Shown one piece after another: positions 52,301 through 64,000 of a stretch of DNA of 64,000 bases. The DNA lies in assembly GCF_001949145.1 (NCBI RefSeq), contig NW_019091362.1, forward strand, positions 1,247,838 through 1,311,837. Reading direction: 5' to 3'. The DNA comes from Acanthaster planci. Lineage: Eukaryota. Below the pieces are notes generated by a model. It worked only from the letters and a program-made list of their open reading frames with translations, did not search any database and was not told the origin of the DNA. A program made the translations under genes and the position numbers. Position 1 is the first letter of the stretch. The number at the start of each line of letters is the position of its first letter.

Positions 52301-55300
52301 TACTTCTAAGCAGTGTGATCAATTACTTGCCACGTCCTTCTCGACACCTTCATCAGAGGGATAGCTGGACGTGAGCAACCTGTGGTAATAATTGATTTCA
52401 GGTTACTCAGCATTGGGCTCTAACAACCAGACAAGTATTAGGCCCTGACAACTGGAAGGCAATTAAATTTGCAACATGAATTTGAACTGTCAAAAGAAAC
52501 ACACGTTTCTGGCCTGTATCACACAGAACACACTTGACTTGAGCCAGTTTGCAGCTACATTTGCAACACACTTTCTGAATGATACCTGAACTGTGAAATG
52601 ACATTTCTATGCTAGGCAATCATATTTGGTTAATTGCATGAAGAAAATTAATTTTAATAGCGTAACTTGGTTATAAATGCCTTTGACGAATAAAAATGGA
52701 AAATTAAAACACTTGGTATCGGCATCCTGATGATGGATAGTATTAACTATCCTAAAGGTTGAGTACACTGCGTCTTTCCAGAACCTTACTCTCAAAAGAG
52801 ATTTCACTGGTTCTATTGCAAACCTTTGTCTTGTTGTTTCCACTATGCAGACCTGCAAATCACATTTGTGGCCTGTTATGACAAAATGAGAGTAAAGTCA
52901 CATCTCGATCTTTCCTATTTTGAGGGTTCAAAGTCATATTGAAGTGGAGGTCAATTTTGAGGTTTTGTTATATTTGGAAAGAGTAACCTGTCTCCTATTT
53001 AATTCCAAATATTTCACAAGATCAGAAATTTAAAACTGTCATGTTCTCAGTAGTTTTGACAATAGCATTATTTGTGCCTGGTCTGAAATTATGAAAAATA
53101 TGCCGGAACCAAAGATGCAAGCTGCCAGAATGTCACATTGTCACCTGATACTTTTACCCTAAGTGTTCCATGTATAAACCACTACAAAGCTCTTTTTCTG
53201 CTGAATTAAAAAATACCAATATCTAAATTTTTGAAACCTCTAACTTTCAGCTCATTTTGTGGTGACAGGTCACATTTAATCACTGTCAAAGTTTATTGTA
53301 TTCTTAGGTTGAGAATTCAGGAGATCCATGGATTAACTTCAACAACTCCCAGTCCCTGACCTATGGACAGTGCATCTACATCACGGTGGTTACAATGTCG
53401 ACAGTGGGCTACGGGGATCTGACCCCCAAGACCACTTGTGGCACCATCTTCATCATCTTTTTCATCCTTGGAGTCTTGGTGAGACATTCCAGCTCGTCTA
53501 GTGGGGCGGGAGGGGGCAATTTGCCTGGAGAAATGTTGCCTTTTTTGTGAATTAAAAGCACCAGCATTTCAGAAATGGTAGGCCCTACTACCACCTTTCC
53601 TTGGGGGAAGGATTTTGGACAGTTGTTTCTGGGAAAATAAGATTGATTTTGTTCCCTGGACCTGAGAACCAGATGCCACAGAATACACTTTAAAAACTTA
53701 TTAAAGAGAACAAATTATGCACTCACAGTTGGGCAGGAATGAAATTAAATCTGGGCAAGGTTTCACTATGTGCATTTTCCTTTCATTTGAAAAATAAAGG
53801 AATTTACAACCTACAATTGTAAATTGTAGATTATATATATGTGTCCAAAACTTTGGCACCATCTGTTGACATCATTTAAGTTGTTATAGAAAGCAAACTT
53901 GAATCTAAATATCGGTCACATCAGAAGTTCTGGGGTCATTGCCTCCCAAGTCTGCCAGCCCCCTCCATGTCTTTCTCAATAAAAATAAAAAAAAATAGGC
54001 TGCAACATTTTCCTTCTGGTTAAAAAGCTGTAAAGAAGTGTGAAAAATCATGCTTAAGATTTATTTATAACATTCATCTAAATTGGAGAGCTGCACTTTA
54101 TAAAAAAGATATCGAGTACATCTGGCCAGATCTAGCATTTAAGATGCAGACAAACAGCAGCATTCTGCCACTATGAGGTCATCCTTCTCACGTAGCACTG
54201 TGGGTTACGACAGCAGCAGTCATAACGACATCATATCTGTCTTGACGTCATCCCTCCCCATCCCCAACCCCCCTATGCATCAACATTTCTTTAATATAGC
54301 CGTCCATTTCATCACCGTGCTGGTCTGGATCCCGCACTCTCTCCCCTTCTCCCCCTGTATATTAATCCAATCATCAATTTTGATTTCCCACAGGCCATCT
54401 TTGCCAGCGCCTTGCCAGAAATTGTGGAGATCGTTGGGAAGGGAAACAAGTATTCTGGTGTCTATGAACCCGTGAAGGGGAAAAAGTAGGTCACAAAAAA
54501 TCAGAACTTCTTGAAGAGGTAGTCTCCAAGGGCCCAAGAAACCAAGGATGCGCATGAATTTGTCCGTCTTTTGATGAGTTTGTTTCGGTTCATTCCTATT
54601 CATTTCATGCCTTATTTTGCCCACTGCATAATAGTTTTTGAAAGATACAAAGTAAAAGTCAGTTATTTCTTCAGAAGTTTTTCTGCCCATTGTCTTCTTT
54701 CATTGAGAGCAATTTTTTTTAAATTTCTTTTGTTCAGAGGTCACTGAGCTCCTTTTTTTTTAGAATTAAATTTTCTGTCCAGGGTTTCACGTTTAGCAGC
54801 CAAAATGCACTTTGTAGCATAATTTTGCAATTTCTTACTCCAAAGGTCTCCTTTTGTCTTGAAGAGAATTAAATATTATTGGTGGTAACTATTGTCTTTT
54901 TTTTATATATGTTCCTTTTTGTCTGTTTGTGTGTTACTATTTGTTCCCTATTAAGGTCAGTTTGTGTATCTATTTACGCATGGCTTTCTGTCTCTCATTT
55001 TGTTGTCTTGAGGTTTTTTGACTGGTTCAGTCTTTTTTCCTTTCCATTTCTCTACAAGTCCCTTGTCTGCCCCTGTTAATATTTTTATACTGTCTGTATT
55101 GCAGTATCAGAGAAATAAATTCCCACCTATCTAAAGCATGTTTACTGCCCCAAAAGTTTAAATGTTCATATTGACTAAAAACGAAAGACCATTGTAAATA
55201 AATGAAATCATTAATCTTTGTTTTGTGCATTTAGTTTTATTGTGGACATACTTTATGTATCTTTGAGATTTTTGTCATTGTTCAGTATCAGTTAAAAAAC

Positions 55301-56217
55301 TACCTTGTTTGCCCAGGTTTAGCATACCTACATTGGTTTTTTTAAATATCCGTAGCTATTTCTCTTTTACCAATTGTCCGTCGTTGTGTCCATTAGTAAT
55401 TAGCTGTTGGACTTTTTATTGCATTCGCATCTTTCCACTAGACTGCCTACAAATGGTTTTCTCTCAATGTTTTTCAGGTCCTTTCATTTCAGTTCGTCTT
55501 TCCCCTCTTTCTGCACTGATATCGCTTCTCCCCACTCGTAAATCCCATTCCTCCACAGTTTTGTGCCCAGGGCGTTCGGTCTTAAGGGAGCTCTAAGACT
55601 CGGCCTTTACCTTTTCGCAAGTAATCACTTGGGTCCACTTCTTCCCTTTGTGTTCGCTCCCTCCGCTGATTGGCTTAAAACCGTGGCCAGTTTCCTGTCG
55701 CTAGTTCCATCTCCATAGCTCATCCATTTTGTATCTTTCCTCATTCCTGCTCGTTTGCTTCGTTCATTAAAGAATGCAGAGAGACCAAAGCACTGAAAAT
55801 TAAGACTTCATCTCGTACCAGTTCTTGTCTTTTACAATTTTTGTGTTAAACTAAGTAGCTGAGTATGATATCCGGTATTTTAAAACCTCTTTGGAATTTT
55901 CCAATTTTAATGTTGTAAACAAAATTCAATCTAATAAGTCCTTAAGATTTGGAGATGACTTTTAAGATGAAACGCTTCGTCCTGCAACCCATTGCTAGAA
56001 TAACTTCAAGAAATTTTCTCTTTGTTCTTGTTGTAGTCAAGAAGCAGTTCACCTTAGTGTTAATTATGTCTAACTCCTAACCCAAACTATCTCTTGTTTA
56101 TTCCAGACACATCGTTGTCTGTGGCCACATCACGTACGACAGCGTGTCCAACTTCCTCAAGGATTTCCTCCACATAGACCGGGACGTAGTCAACGTGAAC
56201 ATCGTACTGCTAGACAC
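28007..56217 (+). CDS. KCNMA1: Slo/BK-family (KCNMA1-like, slowpoke-like) large-conductance K+ channel alpha subunit, divergent; 5' part (S0-S6, pore, start of RCK1), gene continues beyond window
   Basis: Eight exons join in frame with GT-AG sites: 28007-28339, 42427-42488, 46632-46728, 49257-49368, 52015-52166, 53308-53478, 54394-54485, 56107-56217. Motifs WWLFLASS (S0), [28 protein letters not shown] and [20 protein letters not shown] are diagnostic of Slo1. The symbol indicates family; orthology is unproven. Confidence 0.95.
28416..28452. repeat. Perfect 14-bp inverted repeat (hairpin) in Slo intron 1
   Basis: GGAACTCTCGGTTT - 9 nt - AAACCGAGAGTTCC. Confidence 0.9.
39251..39733. mobile_element. 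Possible degenerate non-autonomous DNA transposon (CACTC..-type terminus)
   Basis: Left end cactctaaat..agagtgagaatttactctattcgagtgaaaatt is typical of MITE subterminal repeats; the right end is only loosely matched. Confidence 0.3.
42427..42488 (+). CDS. KCNMA1: Slo-like exon 2 (S1), 62 nt
   Basis: Polypyrimidine tract + [31 protein letters not shown]; aligns to [20 protein letters not shown]. Confidence 0.88.
46632..46728 (+). CDS. KCNMA1: Slo-like exon 3 (S2)
   Basis: [42 protein letters not shown]. Confidence 0.92.
46797..46866. repeat. ~26-bp imperfect inverted repeat (hairpin) in Slo intron 3
   Basis: ACCCCTAGAACTCTAGGAGTTTGTTGTC - 15 nt - GACAACAAACCTTAGAGTTCTAGAGGT. Confidence 0.9.
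48035..48118. repeat. Tandem pair of palindromic hairpins (CTTGTGGGGTAC/GTACCCCACAAG)
   Basis: 15-bp stem 48035-48049/48062-48076 and 12-bp stem 48088-48099/48107-48118. Confidence 0.85.
49257..49368 (+). CDS. KCNMA1: Slo-like exon 4 (S3)
   Basis: [47 protein letters not shown]. Confidence 0.95.
52015..52166 (+). CDS. KCNMA1: Slo-like exon 5 (S4-S5)
   Basis: [60 protein letters not shown]. Confidence 0.95.
53308..53478 (+). CDS. KCNMA1: Slo-like exon 6 (turret, pore helix, selectivity filter, S6)
   Basis: [66 protein letters not shown]. Confidence 0.97.
54394..54485 (+). CDS. KCNMA1: Slo-like exon 7 (end of S6, C-linker), 92 nt
   Basis: [41 protein letters not shown]. Confidence 0.95.
56107..56217 (+). 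CDS. KCNMA1: Slo-like exon 8 (start of RCK1), 111 nt
   Basis: [48 protein letters not shown]. Confidence 0.97.
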
Positions 56218-56474
56218 GTAAGTACCTCAAAAACAGCCTTACTTTCCATATTGTAAATTGGTTTACTTCCGCCAGTTTTCCAGATTAAGGGACGTTGCAA
56301 GTTGTTAGAGAAGTGCAGTCACATCTGGTCTAACCTCATCACCAATTATGGTGCACTCGCCGAATAAGATGTGTGAAAATGATAGTTTATCTGCAAGGAT
56401 GTTTCGACATTGGTAGAGTTGCAGTTGTTGGGCGGTGGGTCAGGGGCTACGTTAGGGGAGGAGAAGCAGTCACG

Positions 56475-56770
56475 TATTTATATTGTGCACTTCAGTACCA
56501 ATAGACTCTTACTGCACCTTACCCTTTATTATGCCCACTCACTGGGCCCAGAAATATTTCCCATGAACCATCTCAACCCCTTGGAGGGGTGTATAAATTA
56601 TGGGTGCCACCACTTGAGGTGCTACTAGGTATCAATTACACCCTCTGTCCTCAAAGATGGGTGGAGAGAGGCTGGTGAGGGTAAAGTAGGTAACCTACCC
56701 AAGGTCACTATTTAGGCCCCAGTCCAGTATTTGAACCCAACCCTACTATCCGGACTGTAACCACGGCAAT
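56475..56770 (-). mobile_element. Degenerate tRNA-derived SINE (Deu/Nin-domain-like)
   Basis: B-box-like remnant (tttgaaccc on +), cctacccaaggtcac, and ccatctcaaccccttggagg resemble recalled deuterostome SINE cores. Confidence 0.45.
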
Positions 56771-59700
56771 ACTGCTATAACCACTTTGAATAATGATCGT
56801 TACTCTGTGCTCCAGAACCTTTAAATATTGTCAACTGTTGTACTGGCCCACTGTTGGCAAGGAGTAGTCGCGACTCCACATTGTACACTGAACCGTTTCT
56901 CCCAGCCAGAGTTCCCATGTTCATAATACTACTGAGGTCTGTACATGCATCATGAACGTGCCCTGTGATCAATTGTAAAAGCTCACATACAGTATATGGA
57001 TTGACACCATAACACCAAGTGTTGTGAACAAGTTTCATCTGAATGTGCACAGCAGACTTGCCGTTATATTTGGGTAGGTGCCAGGTGCCCAGTTCAAGTG
57101 TCGGTTGTAAAATGTCTCTTTTTTTCACCATTGACGGTTGCTGTCACCAGCCAATGTAGTCTGTCAAGCTGGTGTTGACCACTATCTCAGGTTTCAAGGG
57201 ATTGGAAGAGATGAGAATTATTTGGCTTATGATGGGATGCTAGTCCATTGAATGTTTCTCTTTATTCAAGTGTGCTTTGAGTCAAAGACCAGAGAGTCCT
57301 CATGTACATGTTCAAGACAGCTAGGTAATAGCCATAGCACTCTCCTTGTTTCTTAATTTTTTAGTGGGTGCTACATGCAGTTTCCATGGTGATATGTCCT
57401 GATCACTGTAGTCTCGATATAATCAAGTGTTTGATGTACGTGTTTAAAACACCGTACCAGTTTATGGTAGAGGTGAATATTAAAGTTGACCAAACATCAG
57501 AAGATCTGGTACTGTATTAAGCTGTGTCCAAAAAACTGGCTATGGCAAGCAGTAGTGCTTATGTCTGTGACTAGTGGCTACAGCCACCAGCCTATGGCTT
57601 TTGTAGGTGCACTTGTTATTTGTAGCCTCAGCCACAATATTTGGATGCCAGCATAGATGGAGGCAGTGTTATGGCTATAGCAGTTTAATTTGAGCCTCAC
57701 CTTGTCAGTTTTGGCCAGATTAAAATTGTGCTATTCCCTGGTCACTATACTGGCCATAAAGACGACATCATCCGGCTTTGATAAACCCCTCTTGCAATTA
57801 GTTGGTATTAACTGGGGGTGTTTGAGCCTAACCCAAGCAACACCGGACTTCGTCTGTCAGCTCTGGCAGTCAAGTATAATCCCTGCGATCATCAAACACA
57901 TAGGCTGTTTGTCCCCCTCTGGTTAATTTATAACCCATAAATTATGAGGTGGCTTGTGACAGGAGATCCTCAAGTCAAAATATAAATATTTGTCTGTACA
58001 TGTCCTGGGGGGAGGGGAGACAGATCCCTGGCTGTAATGAATGCGTAATGTTCTGATGACACGTGCCTGCCTGCTCTCATAAAGGGGCCGGAATGAAACA
58101 AGCGGGTGCATGATTGGAAAAAATGAGATGTCTTTTTTCTTCATTTCAAAGCGACCAGTGGTTTCTGCCGCAGTCACAGCAATGCAAGCCTGCAGTCTGC
58201 CAGACCGTGGTTAGTTATTTGTATCCATAAAATTTCATAACAGTTCTGAGACATTGACGATGAACTAGATTTGTTTACATGTATGTAGACAGCCTCTGTG
58301 TGGCTAACTTCAGGACTTAAACAGCTGCGGTGAAGAGCAGATGCACTCAGGAGATTGTTCGCAGGGTTCTACCTATCTGTCCTCCATCGTTGAAAAGTTC
58401 ACTGAACTGACACTGAGCAATGCATTGCCTTTGGGGACTTTCACCTCTTCTTATTTTTGGCGGGGCATTCCCTACATGGTGCAGTCACAATTTGCGAACA
58501 TTTCGCGGTCTGCCGACCAGCGTGCTTACCCGTGTGACATGCACTGTGGTGAAAAATGCATAATTCAATTTCTCTTTGTTGGACAACCAATGCTTGTCGG
58601 CCGGGATCTACTGCATAAAGAGGGGCTACCCATATTGCTTTAGTAAGAGCTGTGCATCTTATGTATTCCTGGGCCTTCGGTTATGTGGGTAGTCATACGT
58701 GTCTGTAAGCTTTTTTGCTCAGTGTACACGAATGAGCAAGGCTGTACCCTTTTAGTATAATGAGTCAATTAAATTCGATTTTTTGAGCTGCTGAAGAAAT
58801 TAAGACTTTGGGGGGGGGACAGAAAGTGTGGTATTGGATGACCCTTCGCAATTAACCTCCCCCCAATCAATCTCAACCTCCAGTCCCCTTAAGTCTTCCT
58901 CAGCAGATCTCCTAAGAATTAACTGGCCAAGTGGGATGTTAGAAATGAAGTGGTGATGCTTCATTTGCCAGTGGCAATAGGGGAACGTTTTACTTGGGTT
59001 TCTGAAATCATGAATTTCATAAGTGTGAGGTACAACTGGACTCCTTGTGCTTAAACTTGCTACAAACAGTGCAAATGGAAAAGACGGTGGAGTGAAATGA
59101 TACTCATTTCAAACATATCCTAAGATGTAAAAAAGGGGGGGAAATTGTACGGAACACTCCACCCCCCACACACAATATATTTCATTTTAATCGAAATTTT
59201 TCCTGTGGTATTTATTCTTTTGTAAAAATTGTCTGCAAATTGTATTGTGTATTATAATGAATTTGGCGAAAAGACTGCAGGCAGAGGTAACATGGGTGAA
59301 GAGGTAAAATATGCTTTGAATTATTAATATTTGTGCTGCACAAAAGCAATATTAGCAAGTGGTCTGATGATTTATGAAAAGCAGTTTGGATTTATGAAAG
59401 AGAAGATAAAAGAAATGATAACTATTTTAATCTGCTGAAGTTAATGCACTTAGATGAGGAGAAAATACTTCTTCTTTCAAAGCTTAATGGTCTAATATGT
59501 TAGTAAATTTCTATATTTGGAGCTGCTTCTTTTAAAAGAGTACTTAGAAATCTAAAGCCTTTTGGTTGCATTATTCTGTTAATGCTGTTGATTTTGATAA
59601 TCCTTTTTGATGTACATCTGCAAACACTGCTCTGACCTGTTTTTCTTTGAGGTACTGGAAAAATTTGCTTATTTATTTATTCATTGTTAACACAAAAATA

Positions 59701-62700
59701 TCTAAAGACATCTGAAAAACAAGATGAAAAGAAGTCAACACGATTTCGTCATTTGTATTTGCAATAATTATTGCTTTGGATTTCTGAGCTCCTGTGTTTG
59801 GTGAAGAATGATTCTGAAAAGCACCAAAATGGGAGGAAGACTTGAAATCTTCTGACCCCCCGGAGTTGCAATTTTCCCGCAGATGTGTCGCTCATTGTTG
59901 GGCATCAGCAGAAGAGCAAGGTCTCTATTATTTCCCTGTCAATTTGTTTGACTCGTCCTGCGACCCGAGATCCTTGACTCGGAGCAATTTGCTTTGATGT
60001 GCTGTACACAAACATGCCGCACTGATGAAGATTTGATTGAATAAAAACCACCACGCATGCAGAGACAGAGATGATGAAGGGGGGGGGAGAATGATGTTGG
60101 AAAAACGTTAAAGGAAGGACCAAAATTAGCACCATCAGACTTACCAGCTGCCTATTGCACCGGGCAAATTATGTTAACTATTAGACAACTGTGAGGGGAA
60201 GATGTGTATGCAGTCACCAACAGAAGCAGTTGCCTCTGCAGCCAGACACGGTACACATTCAGCATTTACATGCAGCTTTGCCACATACAATTGACAGTTT
60301 AAAGCACCCTTCTGAAAGTGGATGTATAGCAAGGTATCATTTACTGTTAATTTAAAAAGGTAAATAGTGAAATAGAGTCATGCCTTGACGAGTGCAGCTT
60401 GAACGCTGAATGCCATGCCAGAAAACAAACAAACTGAAGGACATAGTGGCATTAATGGGAAAACACAGGCAAGGGACCAATGAAAACCTTTATTTACAGA
60501 CACAAAACAAGCATAAAAGAGTATGCGCATTAATTGCCAATTACAGTTCTGAGATTTAATAATAGCTTCAGTTTACATTTGAAGGTGCCGAGTGAAGGGG
60601 CATGTCTGATGGTACAAGGCAGCATCCAAAGAATTCAACTTGAAGCACCATTATAAGCAAGGGCATTATAATAAATAAATAATGGCAAAAACATAGAAAA
60701 TCTCCATTGGTATTGCAGCTGACGTGATTCTAGTAGAATATTTATGCATTTCCTGTCACTAGGTTCAGATTGTGAAGACTCTTTTGCCGGGCCATCATTT
60801 CCCTCTGATTTCTCTCTGCATCAGTTATCCCGAAATCACCGGTTTGGGCAGCTTTTACTCAATAAACATTGAGTTCTCTGTAGCTGTTGGCCACTTGGAA
60901 GTTCAAGTAGTACCAATTTCTTCCCCAATTTGTTTGTAAATGAAGTCCCAAAACTAAGGATTGAGTTACCAGAAAAAAATTCTGCGGCAGTAATTCCTTT
61001 CAATTTATTAAAAGGACATTGCCATATTCTTTCCCTGTTTTGTTTTTCCTTTCATCTATACAATCAGGAAATCAACCTTTGGAAAAACAAAAAATCAAGG
61101 GAGCTTTAACTAAAAAACATTCTGGGCTTGATGGTGGAGATTTGTCCCAACATGAAGTATTTTCCCAAACAGATGGCCCGGTAGCAAAATGTCAACATTG
61201 GGAAAGTGCTCTCTGTACACAGATGGATGGATCTGAGCAGAACCTGCCAGACAGTTCTGAGGGGTCATTTATCATCCGAGTTGGATTGTGTTTGTGATGG
61301 CGAGCGCTAATCCAGAAAAAAAGGGACCGCGTTTAATAAAACTAATTCTAATCCAGCTGAACTTCTGCCACCCCACGCTTGACATTGTTTTGTCTCGCTG
61401 CAGACTTTAAAGTGCAACAAAGAGTGTCGGCAAGCAAGAATGCAGGTGCTAGTTTTGGGGCCAACATTTAGGATGTCAGTTTGTAGCCCGAATTTTTAAG
61501 AGTGGATTTGACTTTGTTTGTGTGTGTGGGGGGGGGAGTTGCAGAGATTGAGATAAAAGTGTGAGCAGATTGTATCTATAGTGTAATTCGACCACCAGAA
61601 TTAGAAGCCATTACTGTGGTGGCACAACGCTCGTGGACAGGTGGTACGCGCGCGTCACATGCCTCTTCGACCAATAGGGTGTTGTGATTTATCAAATGCA
61701 CGCGTGCGTCAAGCTGAAGAATGTGTGTGTGAGTGCGGTGCCACCGCAGTTAGGCATCTAATCGGATTAGTCTATATGCAGTCTCATACTGCCCTCAGTT
61801 CAGAGCTTGACATTATCAAACTACAATTTCACACAAGTAGGTTGTAAACAAACACCTTTTTTGAAAAAAAGACATTGATAAGTATCTTTTGAATGATTCA
61901 GCTTGACTCCAAAGAGAAAGAAATGTGCAGTTAATTCCATGTTAAAGTTGGCTCATAGAAATGATACTTAGTTAAATGGCCCACCAAAGGGGGTCAAGAG
62001 GTCAGTCTTCAACTGTCATGTTATCAAAATAACTACATGTATATGCCCTGTTTAACACTGCAGTATTTTTTTTCTTCCCATTGATGGACATTTTGTGTGT
62101 ACCAACAGCCAGAGTATATTTGAAAGTAGCTTAACTTTGCTTTTGAATGAATCTGAACTTCCTTGTGGAATGAAGTTGGCCTGATATTTAACTTTAGGTG
62201 TTTGAAGAACATCTGAGTTCATTTGGTGGACCAAAGGGGGACATGCTCCCCACCAACTCTCAGAAAGGCTATGAAAGGTTACATCAAAATTCACAAATTT
62301 GTTTTCTCCAAAAAGAAATTCTGACCCCCTTCCTTCACGAAAATGTCTTTCTGGATCCAGAGTATGGTTCATGTCTAAGCTCATTTTTTAAAACCAAAAC
62401 TTGCCCCATTAGCATTTGATACATATCATTGGCTTATTAATTAAATTCTTGTGATGACGAAATCGTATTATGATTTCTTTTACATCCTACCCCTTTTAGT
62501 TTGATGTGCTTTATATCCGTTTTTATATTGCTTTGTCCCTTTCTGAATTGAAACAATGATATATTTATTTTGAGTAGTTCTATTCTTACAATGAAATGTT
62601 AGAAAACAGAGAGAGCCAATTATGTTTGAAGTTGACTGCAATTTTTGCTAAAAAAAAGATGGACTGTATTTACTTGTCAAGTGCAACTGCTTACATGATA

Positions 62701-63325
62701 CCTACAGGATAGTCAGATTCTGACATTCCAGTATTTGAAACTTTGGCTTTTAAACCCAATCTCATATTCATTTGCTGGCCCTCAATGCACTCCTTCTGGA
62801 CATCAGTAGCACACAGATGTATGGCAAATAGCATCATCGCTCAACCCGTTGATTAAGGCAGATTTGATGCCCGCGATTTGTCGATTGCATGACACAGATC
62901 TGATTTCACGGTTCACCACAATTATCCCAATTCATCATGTATTTTCTGCCTCAACTGCACTGTGAAATATTAAACAGATGCGGGTAACTGGAATGCGTAG
63001 TCGAGCACATTCTCTGAAAGAAAGCAGTGCATTTTCTTGGATAGTCACCATACTTGAGATTTTTAAGATACAAATGATTCAGTGTCAGGCCTCTATGCAC
63101 GTAAAATCACATTTATGGCTTTCCTTTATTGTGTTTCCATTTTCCATGTTTTTCTGAAGAGTAGAATGAAGCTTTTTTAAAATGATGTCAAATACAACTT
63201 TGTCTTGGGTTTTGAGTAGTTCTTCTTTTCGTTGAATAAGATGTTAGTCCTACCTTTGAGGTTAGGCGTTGTTTTTTTTTTTGCTAGACTTGTTTTTAAA
63301 AGTATTCGAAAAATGAAGTAAGATT

Positions 63326-63479
63326 CACCGGCGGCGAAACGATTTTTCAAAGTGGGGGGAGGCAGTCGTTAAACCATCAGGCTTCGGCCGTTAATAGCTC
63401 AATCCATGGAGCCCCACCCAATTATAGGTCCTGCAAAAAAATAGGGGAGGGCCTGTCCCCTCCTCTTCCACCGCCAGTG
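63326..63479. mobile_element. 154-bp MITE, hAT-like (8-bp TSD)
   Basis: TIRs CACCGGCGGCG / CACCGCCAGTG, flanked by gtaagatt (63318-63325) and gtaagaat (63480-63487), 7/8 identical. Confidence 0.75.
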
Positions 63480-64000
63480 GTAAGAATTTGGTGCCAAATC
63501 CTCTTCTTGCCACTGTTTAAAGTTGTTTTCATAGTCTTTAATTTTTGAAAGTGATATTTAATGGACATGCTTATTTATGTGTACATTACAAATAAAATAA
63601 TATATTACTGCCTAAAATGAGCATTTGCTTTAAAATGATGAGGAAAAGATTGTTGGGCCTATACAATGTCTAGCTCTGAAAAATTATGCTAATCAGGCAT
63701 GTCATGTTCATGCATGGTACAGTGTGGTGTCACTGAAACCTCTTCTGAATACTGTGATGTTACATACCATAACTGCAGATTATTCCAATCATTGGGGTAA
63801 TTTAGGGGCTGGTTATTGCCGGTGTCCATGGTAAATGCCTCAGTTTGGCAACAGAAATGGCCATTTGCTACTCACAGCTTTATATGAGTTCATACAATCG
63901 TGCAAATGTGGAAATAAATTACTTGGAGGGTAAAAAAACAAGTCCAAAAGAGGAAGAGTCCTGAGGAGGATAATGATGGAGTTGCTTAGAGACTCCAATA

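Noticed and set aside
55477..55580. Possible mutually exclusive alternative to the 92-nt S6/C-linker exon ([21 protein letters not shown])
   Set aside because: Slo1 genes often have such alternatives, but the similarity is weak, the PEI motif is absent, and the acceptor phase and donor do not fit.
58338..58395. DALRRLFAGFYLSVLH, faintly like the next Slo exon (ALFKRHF..FYQGSVL)
   Set aside because: Stops flank it in frame, the alignment needs gaps and there are no proper splice sites. The next true exon was not found before 64000.

Overview
This is eukaryotic (metazoan) genomic DNA, AT-rich and intron-rich, with one assembly gap (15372-15714). It is most likely from an invertebrate deuterostome such as an echinoderm; this is inferred from repeat style and gene content, not proven. 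(1) The first 8 coding exons of a large + strand Slo/BK-family (KCNMA1-like) K+ channel gene (28007-56217, continuing past the window) were rebuilt by hand with canonical GT-AG sites. The K+ filter (TVGYG) is intact, but the equivalents of the main S4 gating arginine (R213) and the RCK1 Mg2+ ligand (E374) are substituted. (2) A 4-exon - strand gene (20608-17372) encodes an 818-aa secreted protein with four C-type lectin domains, furin-type sites and a long acid-free cationic/Pro-rich linker. (3) A probable - strand transcription unit in 1-15.3 kb has several apparently non-coding exons and a 138-aa single-pass membrane ORF. (4) Mobile DNA includes a degenerate Tc1 transposon with an L2/CR1-type LINE fragment inserted in its left inverted repeat, a DIRS/Ngaro gag-like remnant, IS3EU-like ends, tRNA-SINEs and MITEs. 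CpG density appears blocky, consistent with mosaic methylation. Most short ORFs in the supplied track are spurious.
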